Source: an uncultured delta proteobacterium
GTDB taxonomy: Bacteria; Desulfobacterota; Syntrophorhabdia; Syntrophorhabdales; WCHB1-27
Assembly (NCBI GenBank): GCA_963818095.1
Contig: CAWFRA010000024.1
Span: 121,432-185,431, forward strand
Reading direction: 5' to 3'
DNA: 64,000 bases
Numbering within the stretch: position 1 is the first letter of the stretch; the number at the start of each line of letters is the position of its first letter. Below the pieces are notes generated by a model. It was given only the letters and a program-made list of their open reading frames with translations. It did no database searches and was not told the origin of the DNA. A program made the position numbers and the translations under genes. Below, one piece after another: positions 37,539 through 46,152 of the stretch.

Positions 37539-38016
37539 AGTCGCCCCTCCAAATTTTCATGATGTCCAGAATGAAGACCAGACACTCAAGGTAGCAGCAG
37601 ATCCCGACGCCGTAAGCTACCGGGAAGAAGGGTATCCGTATTGTGGCGGACACCTCGCCGGAAAGGCGGAATTCATTGCCTACTGCGAACATGTTGTACC
37701 CGATGAGGATGAAAAGGCCGAGGCAGAGGAGCCGCGTGACCGTATTCATCACCGCCTTGCTGTGCGGGGAAAGGCGTTCGAGAAGGAACTCCATGTAGAC
37801 GTGCTTTCGCTCCAGGGAGACCTTGGGGATAGTAAAGCCGATCACGAGGGCGAGACAAAGTGCGACGATCTCGTATGTCCCTATTATCGGGTGGCCGCCG
37901 GCCCGGCCTACAACGTCCCCGACCGTGAGGAACATCATGAACGTTAGCGCGGCGCCGCCGATGACGGTCACCACAATTCGGAAGACGCGAAGGAAATTTT
38001 CCAGACAAGTACCCAT
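37531..38016 (-). CDS. dctQ: TRAP transporter small permease
   Basis: 161-aa four-helix membrane ORF immediately upstream of dctM. Confidence 0.75.
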   Translation of the reverse strand: MGTCLENFLRVFRIVVTVIGGAALTFMMFLTVGDVVGRAGGHPIIGTYEIVALCLALVIGFTIPKVSLERKHVYMEFLLERLSPHSKAVMNTVTRLLCLGLFILIGYNMFAVGNEFRLSGEVSATIRIPFFPVAYGVGICCYLECLVFILDIMKIWRGDYE

Positions 38017-38040
38017 AATGCCTCCTTCATGGGGAAGTCA

Positions 38041-38121
38041 TGTGGAACTTTTTGTGGATTGTGGATTGTATGCAGGCCGATCAGCTACTTCCCCGTTGCG
38101 AGAAAGTTCCATTGTGTGGAA
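38041..38121. promoter_or_regulatory. Cluster of TGTGGA(A/T) motifs upstream of the TRAP operon (candidate operator)
   Basis: TGTGGAA at 38041, TGTGGATT at 38053 and 38060, and the inverted repeat TTCCA-TTGTG-TGGAA at 38107..38121. All lie 25-105 nt upstream of the dctQ start. Confidence 0.25.
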
Positions 38122-38395
38122 TATAACCGCCCCATACCTCACGAAATGCCCCACAATCGGAGTGCATCAAGCTTGCCAGGGCCGTTTACGCAATAATCCG
38201 TATATGTTCAGAAGGGTTGGGGTGGAATTGGTATCGATTGTATACAAAACTTTTGCTGCTGTATGTTGCAGCAACTGTGATATGCCTCAGTAAATCTTTC
38301 AAATATGCAGGTTGACAGAAAAGCAGGCGCGACCAGGGCAGGGGATCGGAACGAAGAGCTCACATTATGAATTTTGATAAGAAGGGTCTTGAGCG

Positions 38396-39280
38396 CTAGG
38401 GGTTTGCCCCGGCCGGGCCGGCGGGTGTCTCCGCGGCCGGAAGGGCGGTTGCCGCGTTCGGGCGGCTGTTTGTCCTTATCACCTCAATGCGGTCCCTGAC
38501 CTCGCCGCTCATGTCCATCACCGTGAGAACGTAGAAGTCGCCCGTTTTCTCGGCGAGTATGTAGCCGATGGAGTGGCCGTTCTTGCCCGGCCAGCTCCTG
38601 CCGCCCGCCCTGGTGCATATCACGTAGGCGATGCCGTCCTTGACCATGCGCTCGTAGATATGGTCGTGGCCTGCGACCACAAGGGAGACGCCGCTTTGGA
38701 CGAAGAGCCTGTGCAGCTCGTCCCTCTGGGACCTGTTGCGGTCGAGGCCGTGAAGGGGCAGGGCAGGGAAGAGCGGCTCATGCATGAAGACCATCTTGTA
38801 CCGGAACGGCTTCGCAAGCACACCCTTCAGCCATGCTAGCTGGTCGCCCGCAATGCGCGATTCCTCGCCCGGCAGCTCCGTACACAGGAAGACGAAAAGC
38901 GTGTCGCCGTCCGCGAAAGAGGAGTAAGGCTGGTCGAAAAACTGCGAGAACGTCCCGAACGAGTCTTTGCCCCGGATATCGTGGTTGCCGGGCGCCAGGT
39001 AAAGGGTCTTGCCCGGCCCCGTGATGTCCTGGAACCTTTCCCATTCGTAGCTGTTGCCGGGGTTGTTTATGGCGTCGCCCAGGTGGAAGATAGTCTCTAC
39101 CCCCTGGTCCTCCAATGCGCGGATGATGTCCGGATAGGCGGTATGGTATGGCGAACCCACGTGGGTGTCGCTCACGATGGCGAACTTCTCTGTCCCAGCC
39201 CACGCAGAAAAGGGGCCGGCGAGGAACAGGACCGAAATAAGAACGGGGACGATAAAGATGCGGCGAAAGGTGTTTCTCAT
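38396..39280 (-). CDS. Secreted calcineurin-like metallophosphoesterase
   Basis: 294 aa with a signal peptide and the motifs DTHVG, GDAINNPG, GNHD, GHDH. Confidence 0.75.
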   Translation of the reverse strand: MRNTFRRIFIVPVLISVLFLAGPFSAWAGTEKFAIVSDTHVGSPYHTAYPDIIRALEDQGVETIFHLGDAINNPGNSYEWERFQDITGPGKTLYLAPGNHDIRGKDSFGTFSQFFDQPYSSFADGDTLFVFLCTELPGEESRIAGDQLAWLKGVLAKPFRYKMVFMHEPLFPALPLHGLDRNRSQRDELHRLFVQSGVSLVVAGHDHIYERMVKDGIAYVICTRAGGRSWPGKNGHSIGYILAEKTGDFYVLTVMDMSGEVRDRIEVIRTNSRPNAATALPAAETPAGPAGANP

Positions 39281-39457
39281 GGCGTTACTATAACTTAGAC
39301 GGGAATCAAAAAAAAGGGGAAGCGCGCGGGTCCTTTAGCTTTCGCCCCCTTGTTTTTTGGCGGCCGGCGGTCATATACTGTAGGACTGCCCTGTATAGAG
39401 TGGCCCTCATCGGTTGGTACGCCTTTGGCGGATAGGACAGTAATGTAAAGGGGTTAT

Positions 39458-40351
39458 GTGATGAACAGAAGAGAATTCCTCAAATTGTCGGGCTCGTTGC
39501 TCGTGATGAGCCGATTTTTGGGAAACCGGGCAGCCGCCGCAGCGGCCGCAGGCCCTTCAATAGTATCGGTAGCGGAGGGCAAGGATTACGGGGCGATAAC
39601 GCGAAGCGCGGTCAACGCCATCGGCGGATTCGGCAGGTTCGTCAAATCCGGCAATACGGTAGTGATCAAGCCTAATATGGGCTGGGACAGGAGGCCCGAG
39701 CAGGCGGCTACAACGCACCCCGCGGTCGTTAAAGCGATTGCCGAGGAGTGCGTGAAAGCCGGAGCGAAGAGGGTGAAGGTCTTTGACAACCCGTGCAACG
39801 ACATGCGCAGGTGCTACGAGGACAGCGGCATCCAGGCGGCGCTCAAGGGCATGAAGAACGTCGAAGTCCGCTACATGGAGGACGAGCGTTACAAGAAGGT
39901 GAAGATCAAGGGGACGTTCCTCAAGGAATGGGAGATTTACGGCGACGCCCTCTCTGCGGACGTAATTATCAATGTCCCCATCGCCAAGCACCACTCCCTG
40001 ACGCAGGTGACTCTGGCGTGCAAGAACATGATGGGGATCATGGGGGGCGACAGGGGCTATATCCACAGGCAGATCGAGGACGCCCTGGCGGACCTGAACA
40101 GCACGGTCAAAAGCCACCTCATCATCATCGACGCGACGCGCATTCTTACGGCCCACGGCCCGACCGGCGGCAGCCTCGCGGACGTGAAGGTCCTGAACAA
40201 GGTGATTGCCTCGACCGATATAGTCGCAGCCGACGCTTATGCGACCGGGCTCTTCGGGCTGAAACCGCAGGACATACCGATAACGGTTACCGCGCACAAG
40301 AGGGGCCTTGGCGAAATGGACCTCGACAAGATAAAAGTAGTGCGCGCATAG
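39458..40351 (+). CDS. Tat-signal DUF362-family protein
   Basis: 297 aa. N-terminus MMNRREFLKLSGSLLVMSRFL...AAAAAA (twin-arginine type). VVIKPNMGW... is typical of DUF362. Confidence 0.7.
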   Translation: MMNRREFLKLSGSLLVMSRFLGNRAAAAAAAGPSIVSVAEGKDYGAITRSAVNAIGGFGRFVKSGNTVVIKPNMGWDRRPEQAATTHPAVVKAIAEECVKAGAKRVKVFDNPCNDMRRCYEDSGIQAALKGMKNVEVRYMEDERYKKVKIKGTFLKEWEIYGDALSADVIINVPIAKHHSLTQVTLACKNMMGIMGGDRGYIHRQIEDALADLNSTVKSHLIIIDATRILTAHGPTGGSLADVKVLNKVIASTDIVAADAYATGLFGLKPQDIPITVTAHKRGLGEMDLDKIKVVRA

Positions 40352-40375
40352 GAGAGGAAAACTATAAGGGAAGGC

Positions 40376-41890
40376 ATGAAGCTGAAGCCCGCACGCATCT
40401 CCCAGTTACTTTTCCTCGCGTTCTTCCTTTTCCTTTTCATAACCACCGATTACAGAGGCAAGGACGAGATATCGGTGGCGATGAACGCCTTCTTCAGGAT
40501 GGACCCACTCGTCGCCGCGACCTACATCCTGGCTGCGAAGACATTCACGCTGCTGCTCCTCCCCGGTCTCCTGGTCCTTATATGCGCGCTCTTTCTCGGC
40601 AGGTTTTTCTGCGGCTGGATGTGCCCGCTGGGGACAGTCATCGACCTCGTCACGGACCGCATACCCAAAAGCAGGCCGCTCTCCTTCTTGAGGGGCAGGC
40701 TCAAATATTACGTGCTACTCACCATCCTGTTCGCAGCCCTGTTCGGAATGAACCTGGCGGGCATCCTCGACCCTATCGCCATTCTCGTCCGCTTCCTCAC
40801 GTTTTCCCTCTATCCGCTCTTCGGCTTCATTATGAAGTGGAGTTGGGTGGGGCTCTACGGCGTCATGGGCGATTCAAGGGACTACCTGGAGCCCGGCTAC
40901 GGGTTCCTCAAAGCCTACGTGCTGCCTTTCAGGGACACGTTCTATCCGCTTGCCCTCGTGTCGCTTATTTTCTTCGGCGGCGTGCTTTTTCTTGAGAAGT
41001 TCGAGCGGAGGAACTGGTGCAGGAACCTCTGCCCGGCAGGTGTTCTTCTCGGCCTTATCGGCCGTTTCGCGCCCTTCAGGAGGCTGCCCCCGAGGCTATG
41101 CAGCGACTGCGGTATCTGCGCGGAGCGGTGCCCCGGCGCGTTTAAAGAGGACCACTACGTAAAAGAGGGCTGCGTCCTTTGCATGGAGTGCGTGAGGGAA
41201 TGTCCCCAGCAGCGCGCGCGTTATGCCTTTCGCCTGAGGCCAAGGGCGATCAGGCAGGGCCTGCACGTATTCGAGCCGGGAAGGCGCCTCTTCGTGACGG
41301 GCATCGTATCGGGCCTGTTCTTCTCCCGGATGGTCGGCAGGAGGATAGCGCCGCAGCAACAGACGAACCTGCTGCGGCCGCCGGGTGTCGGAGGCGAGGA
41401 CGCATTTCTTGAGAGGTGCGTCAGGTGCGGGGAATGTATGAAGGTCTGCCTGAGGAGCGCCCTCTATCCTGCGTCGCTCCACGCGGGACTCTACGGGCTT
41501 TACACGCCCATGCTCGTACCGCGCCTCGGTTATTGCGAGTACAATTGCAGCCTGTGCGGCCAGGTCTGCCCCACCGGTGCTATACCGAAGCTGCCCATCG
41601 AGGAAAAGAAGAAGGCCGTCATAGGCCTCGCGGTCTTCGATAAGAACCACTGCCTGCCGTATGCAAATAAAATGAACTGCATGGTCTGTGAGGAGCACTG
41701 CCCCATCCCGGACAAGGCGATCAGGTTCGAGAGCGTCCGCGAGACTGGCTACGACGGCAAAGAGCTTATCCTGAAGAAGCCCTATGTCGTCGAGAGCACG
41801 TGCACCGGCTGCGGCATCTGCGAATACGTCTGCCCCCTCCAGGAGAAGGCCGGCATAGAGGTCTTCAAGAAGGTCAAAAGGAAGGTCTAA
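40376..41890 (+). CDS. Integral-membrane polyferredoxin (NapH/MauN-like N-terminus plus six CX2CX2CX3C motifs)
   Basis: 504 aa. The membrane part has GRFFCGWMCPLG and NWCRNLCPAG. The C-terminal part has CSDCGICAERCP, CVLCMECVRECP, CVRCGECMKVC, CSLCGQVCP, CMVCEEHCP, CTGCGICEYVCP. Confidence 0.75.
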   Translation: MKLKPARISQLLFLAFFLFLFITTDYRGKDEISVAMNAFFRMDPLVAATYILAAKTFTLLLLPGLLVLICALFLGRFFCGWMCPLGTVIDLVTDRIPKSRPLSFLRGRLKYYVLLTILFAALFGMNLAGILDPIAILVRFLTFSLYPLFGFIMKWSWVGLYGVMGDSRDYLEPGYGFLKAYVLPFRDTFYPLALVSLIFFGGVLFLEKFERRNWCRNLCPAGVLLGLIGRFAPFRRLPPRLCSDCGICAERCPGAFKEDHYVKEGCVLCMECVRECPQQRARYAFRLRPRAIRQGLHVFEPGRRLFVTGIVSGLFFSRMVGRRIAPQQQTNLLRPPGVGGEDAFLERCVRCGECMKVCLRSALYPASLHAGLYGLYTPMLVPRLGYCEYNCSLCGQVCPTGAIPKLPIEEKKKAVIGLAVFDKNHCLPYANKMNCMVCEEHCPIPDKAIRFESVRETGYDGKELILKKPYVVESTCTGCGICEYVCPLQEKAGIEVFKKVKRKV

Positions 41891-42312
41891 GAAACCCCCG
41901 GCCCTTGTCCCCGCTTCTTCCCGGCAAATCGCGGCGGAATAAAGATAAAGGTCAGAACGACGAGCACCCCGAACCCTACGTGCAGCACCATGAGGAAATG
42001 GGGTGAGAGGTCGTGGAAGACGATTAGGCGGACCAGGCGGGCGACTAACGAGATCTTCTTCTCTACCGTCTGGCCGGCCAGTTGCCGGAGGTTATATTCC
42101 CATTCCGTAAGGGGGCAGACCAGGCGCAGGGCCGCCTCGGCCGCTACCAACCCGACTGCGGCGAGATGGGCGACGCGGAATGCAGGCAGCCTGATAAACG
42201 CCCAGCGGAAAATAGCGCCCGCGAGGATGGCTGCCTCTCCCCCGACTGCGAACAGGACGTAGCACAGATGGACGGTTACGATAAGGTCTGCAAGGAAGGC
42301 ATAGAAGGCCAT
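41887..42312 (-). CDS. Small membrane protein, function unknown (DUF2784-like)
   Basis: 141-aa ORF with 4 hydrophobic segments. The family assignment is from memory only. Confidence 0.5.
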   Translation of the reverse strand: MAFYAFLADLIVTVHLCYVLFAVGGEAAILAGAIFRWAFIRLPAFRVAHLAAVGLVAAEAALRLVCPLTEWEYNLRQLAGQTVEKKISLVARLVRLIVFHDLSPHFLMVLHVGFGVLVVLTFIFIPPRFAGKKRGQGPGVS

Positions 42313-42336
42313 GAGAAGAACGTAGGCCGCAGCGGG

Positions 42337-43119
42337 CTATCCTGCAATCTTCGAGCGGAGCAGCCCGAGGCAGACGGCGGCCTTCCTCCTGATCGGGCTG
42401 TGCGAAAAGTTTCTGTGGCGGTACGAAGCCGTTTTGCTCGTGATCCTCAGGAAGCCGTTATTCCGCATGTAGGCGTCCACCCTCTTTTCGAAGGAGTCGC
42501 CTCCGTAATAGGGGAACCTGCTTTCCGATATCGCGTTCGCCTCCCCGTAAATGGGGCGCCTGAACGCGGCGACCGGCACGAGGTAGCACTGGTCGGAGAA
42601 GCCGTGGCCGATGAAGAAGCTCTCGCCTTCCGCGACCGACTCCTCCCTGGCCCGGTGGAACTTGTCGTTCCACGTGGGGTTTGCGACAATGATACGCGGG
42701 TCCGCCTCCATTTTCTCAATGGCGGCGTCTATCCATTCATTGTCGTTGGCAATTATCGTGTCGCTCGAAAAATGGAGCAGGTAGTCCGTCGTGCAAAGGT
42801 AAATGGCCGTAAGCTCCGCTATTGAATAGTAGTACCCTTTGCCGAAGGCGGAAGGCCCGCAGCCGAAGAAGGCGAGCGCCTCTTGCGCACGGTCGGAGAC
42901 GCGCACGCACGCGTCGATTACGCCCTGATTGATGAGTCTCGCTGCCCATCGCTCCACCTCGTCCGGGTCGTTGACGTTATTGATGTGGAGGACCGACCGG
43001 TCGAAGGTGTAGCGGCAGGCGTCCTTCATTTTTTTCAGGCGGCCTGCCTTGAGCAGGTATTCCCAGTCGTTCTCGTAGCATTTGGTTTCGAAGGTTATAG
43101 TGCGGCCCTGCACGCCCAT
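42337..43119 (-). CDS. Hypothetical protein
   Basis: ORF 42337..43188 (-). The likely start is ATG 43119 (MGVQGRTITFETK...). I can name no diagnostic motif, though it may have a glycosyltransferase-like fold. Confidence 0.45.
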   Translation of the reverse strand: MGVQGRTITFETKCYENDWEYLLKAGRLKKMKDACRYTFDRSVLHINNVNDPDEVERWAARLINQGVIDACVRVSDRAQEALAFFGCGPSAFGKGYYYSIAELTAIYLCTTDYLLHFSSDTIIANDNEWIDAAIEKMEADPRIIVANPTWNDKFHRAREESVAEGESFFIGHGFSDQCYLVPVAAFRRPIYGEANAISESRFPYYGGDSFEKRVDAYMRNNGFLRITSKTASYRHRNFSHSPIRRKAAVCLGLLRSKIAG

Positions 43120-43322
43120 CCGCCATCCCGCCTTTGCGCAGTCTTTGTGATTACAGCCAATTATTGCACAGGGCCACAAGCACTTCAATAGCGATGTGGG
43201 GACTGCGCGCGCATTGTTTGGCTCGCCCGGAGGGACGTGATATAATTAACCAAGGAAAAGCGTACCGAGAGGCAAAGCATGCAATCGAATACGCTGTTGT
43301 CTATTATTCCCCGGAGGAGAGT

Positions 43323-43523
43323 ATGGCACGAGCACTGAAGGTCAATATCAGCGCGGAAGAGGTGATCGAGGCAGTCAAGGAGATGGGCGGGAAGGAAAGG
43401 GAAGCCTTTCTGGAGAACCTCCTGGCTGCGACAGCGCCCGAATATCTGGCGAGTATTGAAGAAGCGCGGGCCGACTATAAAGCCGGACGGGTGAAAACGC
43501 ACGGGAAGGTCTTCGGCAAGTGA
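43323..43523 (+). CDS. Small antitoxin-like protein (66 aa)
   Basis: ATG 43323 preceded by GGAGGAGAGT. Sequence: MARALKVNISAEEVIEAVKEMGGKEREAFLENLLAATAPEYLASIEEARADYKAGRVKTHGKVFGK. Its stop overlaps (GTGA) the start of a RelE/ParE-like stub. Confidence 0.45.
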   Translation: MARALKVNISAEEVIEAVKEMGGKEREAFLENLLAATAPEYLASIEEARADYKAGRVKTHGKVFGK

Positions 43524-43594
43524 CCTATAGGCTGGTTTATACCAGGCGGGCCGTCAAAGATATCGAAGGGCTCGGACGTGTATATTATTTTTAA
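43520..43594 (+). pseudogene. Truncated RelE/ParE-type toxin remnant (24 codons)
   Basis: It reads VTYRLVYTRRAVKDIEGLGRVYYF*. The first roughly 18 residues match the canonical RelE/ParE N-terminus (Y-x-L/I-x-[FY]-x3-A-x-KD-[LI]-x-x-L), and then the ORF stops. Confidence 0.4.
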
Positions 43595-43611
43595 CCGAAA
43601 GGAGGTGGCAG

Positions 43612-43836
43612 ATGGCTAACAAGGTCAGTATCGTCATAGAGAAGGACGAGCACGGATACTATGCCTACGCACCCGAGCTGGAAGGGTGTCACACGCAGGG
43701 TGATTCCCTCGAAGAGACGATCGAAAATGCGCGGGAAGCCGTTGTCCTTTATCTTGAGACGCTATCGGCTGATGAAATCAAGCAATTGCTGAGCAAGGAG
43801 ATCCTTACGACCGCGATAGAGGTCCAGGTTGCCTAA
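43612..43836 (+). CDS. hicB: HicB-family antitoxin (UPF0150)
   Basis: 74 aa: MANKVSIVIEKDEHGYYAYAPELEGCHTQGDSLEETIENAREAVVLYLE is the typical HicB N-terminal domain. No intact hicA is adjacent. Confidence 0.7.
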   Translation: MANKVSIVIEKDEHGYYAYAPELEGCHTQGDSLEETIENAREAVVLYLETLSADEIKQLLSKEILTTAIEVQVA

Positions 43837-43846
43837 ATTACGCCGT

Positions 43847-44761
43847 CTACGGCGCGTACAGTATCTTTCCCGAATCCCTGAAATCATAATTTCCGAGCCT
43901 TGCCACCCTCGCGCGGAAGGTGTCCGACCTCAGGACCTCCATCAGCGTCTGCACGCCGCCCTGGAAGAACGTCTGCTGGTTGAGGATCATATCGAACCTT
44001 TCGCGCGTGATAGGGATGAATGAGAGGCCGAGAAAGCTGGAGACCGCCACGGTGGCCACGCCGACGTCCGATTCCCCGGAAACGATGGAGAGACCCACTT
44101 CGAGGTGCGTATTCACCTCGTTCTCGTACCCCTGAATACCGGCGGAGTCGATGCCGAGGCGGCCGAGGTTGTGGTCGATCAAATTGCGGGTGCCCGACCC
44201 CTTTTGCCTGTTGATGAAGCGGACTTTTCTGCGGATGAGGTCCTCGAAGCCCTTTATGCCCAGCGGGTTGCGGTGTGCGGCCAGAAACCCCAGCTCCCTG
44301 TAAAAAAGGTTGACCACTACGGGTTTTATATTCGGCGCATAAATGGGCAGGAAAGGGATATTATATTCGTCCGTTTCGGGGTCGTACAGGTGCGACCATG
44401 CGATGTCCGTGTAACCCATATTGAGCGTTTTCAGTCCGTCGGTGCTCCCGGTGCTTGCCGAGAAGAGGTAGAAATCGGGGTGCATCCTCCGCACGTCCGT
44501 GTGCAGCATGTCGAGGATCGGGTCGTTGCTGCCGGAGGCGAGAAGACCGCCTTCGATCCTCTCCGTTTTCCGGCTAACCTGCTCGAGGGCGGATTTGGCG
44601 CTCGACTCGATCCATTCGTCGATGAGCTTCCTGGGGAAGACCCATTTCCCGGTGACCCGCGTAGCCGGTATCCTCTTCTGTCCGATCAGGGCGTATACCT
44701 GCTTCCCGTTGATGCCGAGATAACGCGCGACTTCTTTCGTGTTCATCATCTCTTCGGACAT
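43847..44761 (-). CDS. HTH (excisionase-type) plus periplasmic-binding-protein-like domain regulator, COG1910/TunR-like
   Basis: Start chosen at ATG 44761, preceded by GAGGAGGTGCAGCGC. N-terminus MNTKEVARYLGINGKQVYALIGQKRIPATRVTGKWVFPRKLIDEWI. The C-terminal roughly 230 aa has a PBP-like fold (…ASGSNDPILD…STGSTDGL…GSGTR…). Confidence 0.65.
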   Translation of the reverse strand: MSEEMMNTKEVARYLGINGKQVYALIGQKRIPATRVTGKWVFPRKLIDEWIESSAKSALEQVSRKTERIEGGLLASGSNDPILDMLHTDVRRMHPDFYLFSASTGSTDGLKTLNMGYTDIAWSHLYDPETDEYNIPFLPIYAPNIKPVVVNLFYRELGFLAAHRNPLGIKGFEDLIRRKVRFINRQKGSGTRNLIDHNLGRLGIDSAGIQGYENEVNTHLEVGLSIVSGESDVGVATVAVSSFLGLSFIPITRERFDMILNQQTFFQGGVQTLMEVLRSDTFRARVARLGNYDFRDSGKILYAP

Positions 44762-44899
44762 GCGCTGCACCTCCTCTTCATAGAGATGATAAAAGATAGG
44801 GCGCGCTATGTCAAAGGCAAAGCGGAAGCGGGCGCGGGCGAACGCGACAAGGCGTGGCATCAATTGGTATTTATTATCCTTTTTTGTCCGTCTTTTCCC

Positions 44900-44928
44900 T
44901 TGACACGAGGGCCATATCTTGATTAAAT
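44900..44928 (+). promoter_or_regulatory. sigma70-like promoter candidate for the five-gene radical SAM operon
   Basis: TTGACA (44900..44905), 17-nt spacer, TTAAAT (44923..44928), 55 nt upstream of ATG 44984. Confidence 0.45.
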
Positions 44929-44983
44929 CTGAATGATCGGCGGGACGCAAAACTCCTTAGTAAAAAACGGTTCGGGGAACGAA

Positions 44984-45256
44984 ATGGAAAGCCACGAAGA
45001 GATTCGCCTGCGCATCGACGAGAGGGTCGGGCGCCTTATGGAGGCGAGAGGCATCACTAAGCAGGACATTCAGGTGGTGATCGGCCACGCGGAGGCTACA
45101 GGGGAGAAGTTCGTAAACCCTTCAAACGGGCGCTCCCTGGCTTCGCTGCGGCCGGACAGGGTCACCTTCTGGGTCGAATACAGCAGCATTGGCGACGAAT
45201 ACGATGTCATTAGCGCCTATTCGCACAGGATGGAGATGAAGAGGCCGGGGATATGA
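44984..45256 (+). CDS. Hypothetical 90-aa protein, first gene of the radical SAM operon
   Basis: MESHEEIRLRIDERVGRLMEARGITKQDIQVVIGHAEATGEKFVNPSNGRSLASLRPDRVTFWVEYSSIGDEYDVISAYSHRMEMKRPGI. Its stop overlaps the next ATG (ATGA). Confidence 0.55.
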   Translation: MESHEEIRLRIDERVGRLMEARGITKQDIQVVIGHAEATGEKFVNPSNGRSLASLRPDRVTFWVEYSSIGDEYDVISAYSHRMEMKRPGI

Positions 45257-45462
45257 GCGAAAAGTATGAGGCAGCCTGCGGCGGATGGATTTGCAACAAG
45301 TGCGGGGTGCCGCCGGAAGTGCAGACGGTCAGACTCCAATACAGGAGGACGATCTTTGCCGCCGACCTCCCCGCGTGTCCCGGATGCGGTATGATACTTA
45401 TTGATGAAGAGCTGGCGACCATAAAGATGTTCGAAGCGGAGCAGGCCCTCGAAGACAAGTAA
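45253..45462 (+). CDS. Zinc-ribbon-like 69-aa protein (two CxxC pairs)
   Basis: Contains CNKC...CPGC. Translationally coupled to the preceding gene. It may correspond to what RefSeq calls the DVU_1557 family redox protein (from memory, unverified). Confidence 0.6.
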   Translation: MSEKYEAACGGWICNKCGVPPEVQTVRLQYRRTIFAADLPACPGCGMILIDEELATIKMFEAEQALEDK

Positions 45463-45483
45463 CCGCAGAGTGCGGTCATTCGC

Positions 45484-46152
45484 ATGACTATCGATTGTTC
45501 CTTTAACTGGCCGGACATCGGACGCGTCACCGGACCCTGCATAAGGCCCGGAGGTCCTGCGCTCACAGCGCGGGCCCTCGATGCCTGCGGCCTGCCGCCC
45601 GGCAGTCTTGCCGCAGATATCGGATGCGGGGCAGGGGGGACGCTTGAATACCTGGAGGCAGCCGGGTTGCAAGGCGTGGGGTTGGATTGTTCCGGTGCGC
45701 TCCTCGGCGAGGCAGCATCGCGGTGCGCATCCGGCCGTCTCGTCGGCGGACGCGCGGAGGCCCTGCCTTTCAGGGACGCATCTTTCGACGCCCTCTTCTG
45801 CGAGTGCGTCCTTTCGGTCGTCGGCGGGAAAGAGGTTGCCCTGGCACAATACGCCCGTGTCCTGAAAGGAGGCGGGCGCCTCGTGATAAGCGACGTCTTC
45901 GCGCCTGGCGGCGCGGGCCCCGGGCAGCCGGGCGGTGAAGGCTTTATCGGTAAAGAGTGGCTCACCGGCCTTTTGACCGGCCTCGGTTTTTCTGTCATTC
46001 TATGGGAAGAATATGAGAGGCAGCTTAAGGAGTTTGCGGCGCGCATGATCTTTGCGGGCGCCTGCCTGCCGGGCGCGTGGAAGTGCGGGCAGCGCCTGAG
46101 CTACTTCCTTCTCGCAGCAGTGAAAGGCCACGGCAGGACTGCCAGACTATGA
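45484..46152 (+). CDS. Class I SAM-dependent methyltransferase
   Basis: 222 aa with motif I DIGCGAGG and post-I/II LPFRDASFDALFCECVL...VLKGGGRLVISD. Confidence 0.8.
   Translation: MTIDCSFNWPDIGRVTGPCIRPGGPALTARALDACGLPPGSLAADIGCGAGGTLEYLEAAGLQGVGLDCSGALLGEAASRCASGRLVGGRAEALPFRDASFDALFCECVLSVVGGKEVALAQYARVLKGGGRLVISDVFAPGGAGPGQPGGEGFIGKEWLTGLLTGLGFSVILWEEYERQLKEFAARMIFAGACLPGAWKCGQRLSYFLLAAVKGHGRTARL

Noticed and set aside
38160-38200. Search for a sigma54 (TGGCAC-N5-TTGC) promoter upstream of the TRAP operon, and similarly upstream of the AOR operon.
   Set aside because: The best candidates have the wrong GG-to-GC spacing (9 nt or 5 nt instead of 10), so there is no convincing match.
43829-44023. 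ORF starting (TTG) PKLRRL right after hicB, considered as a HicA toxin.
   Set aside because: Only the first 3-4 residues resemble HicA. The rest is antisense to the 3' end of the TunR-like gene and has no HicA features.
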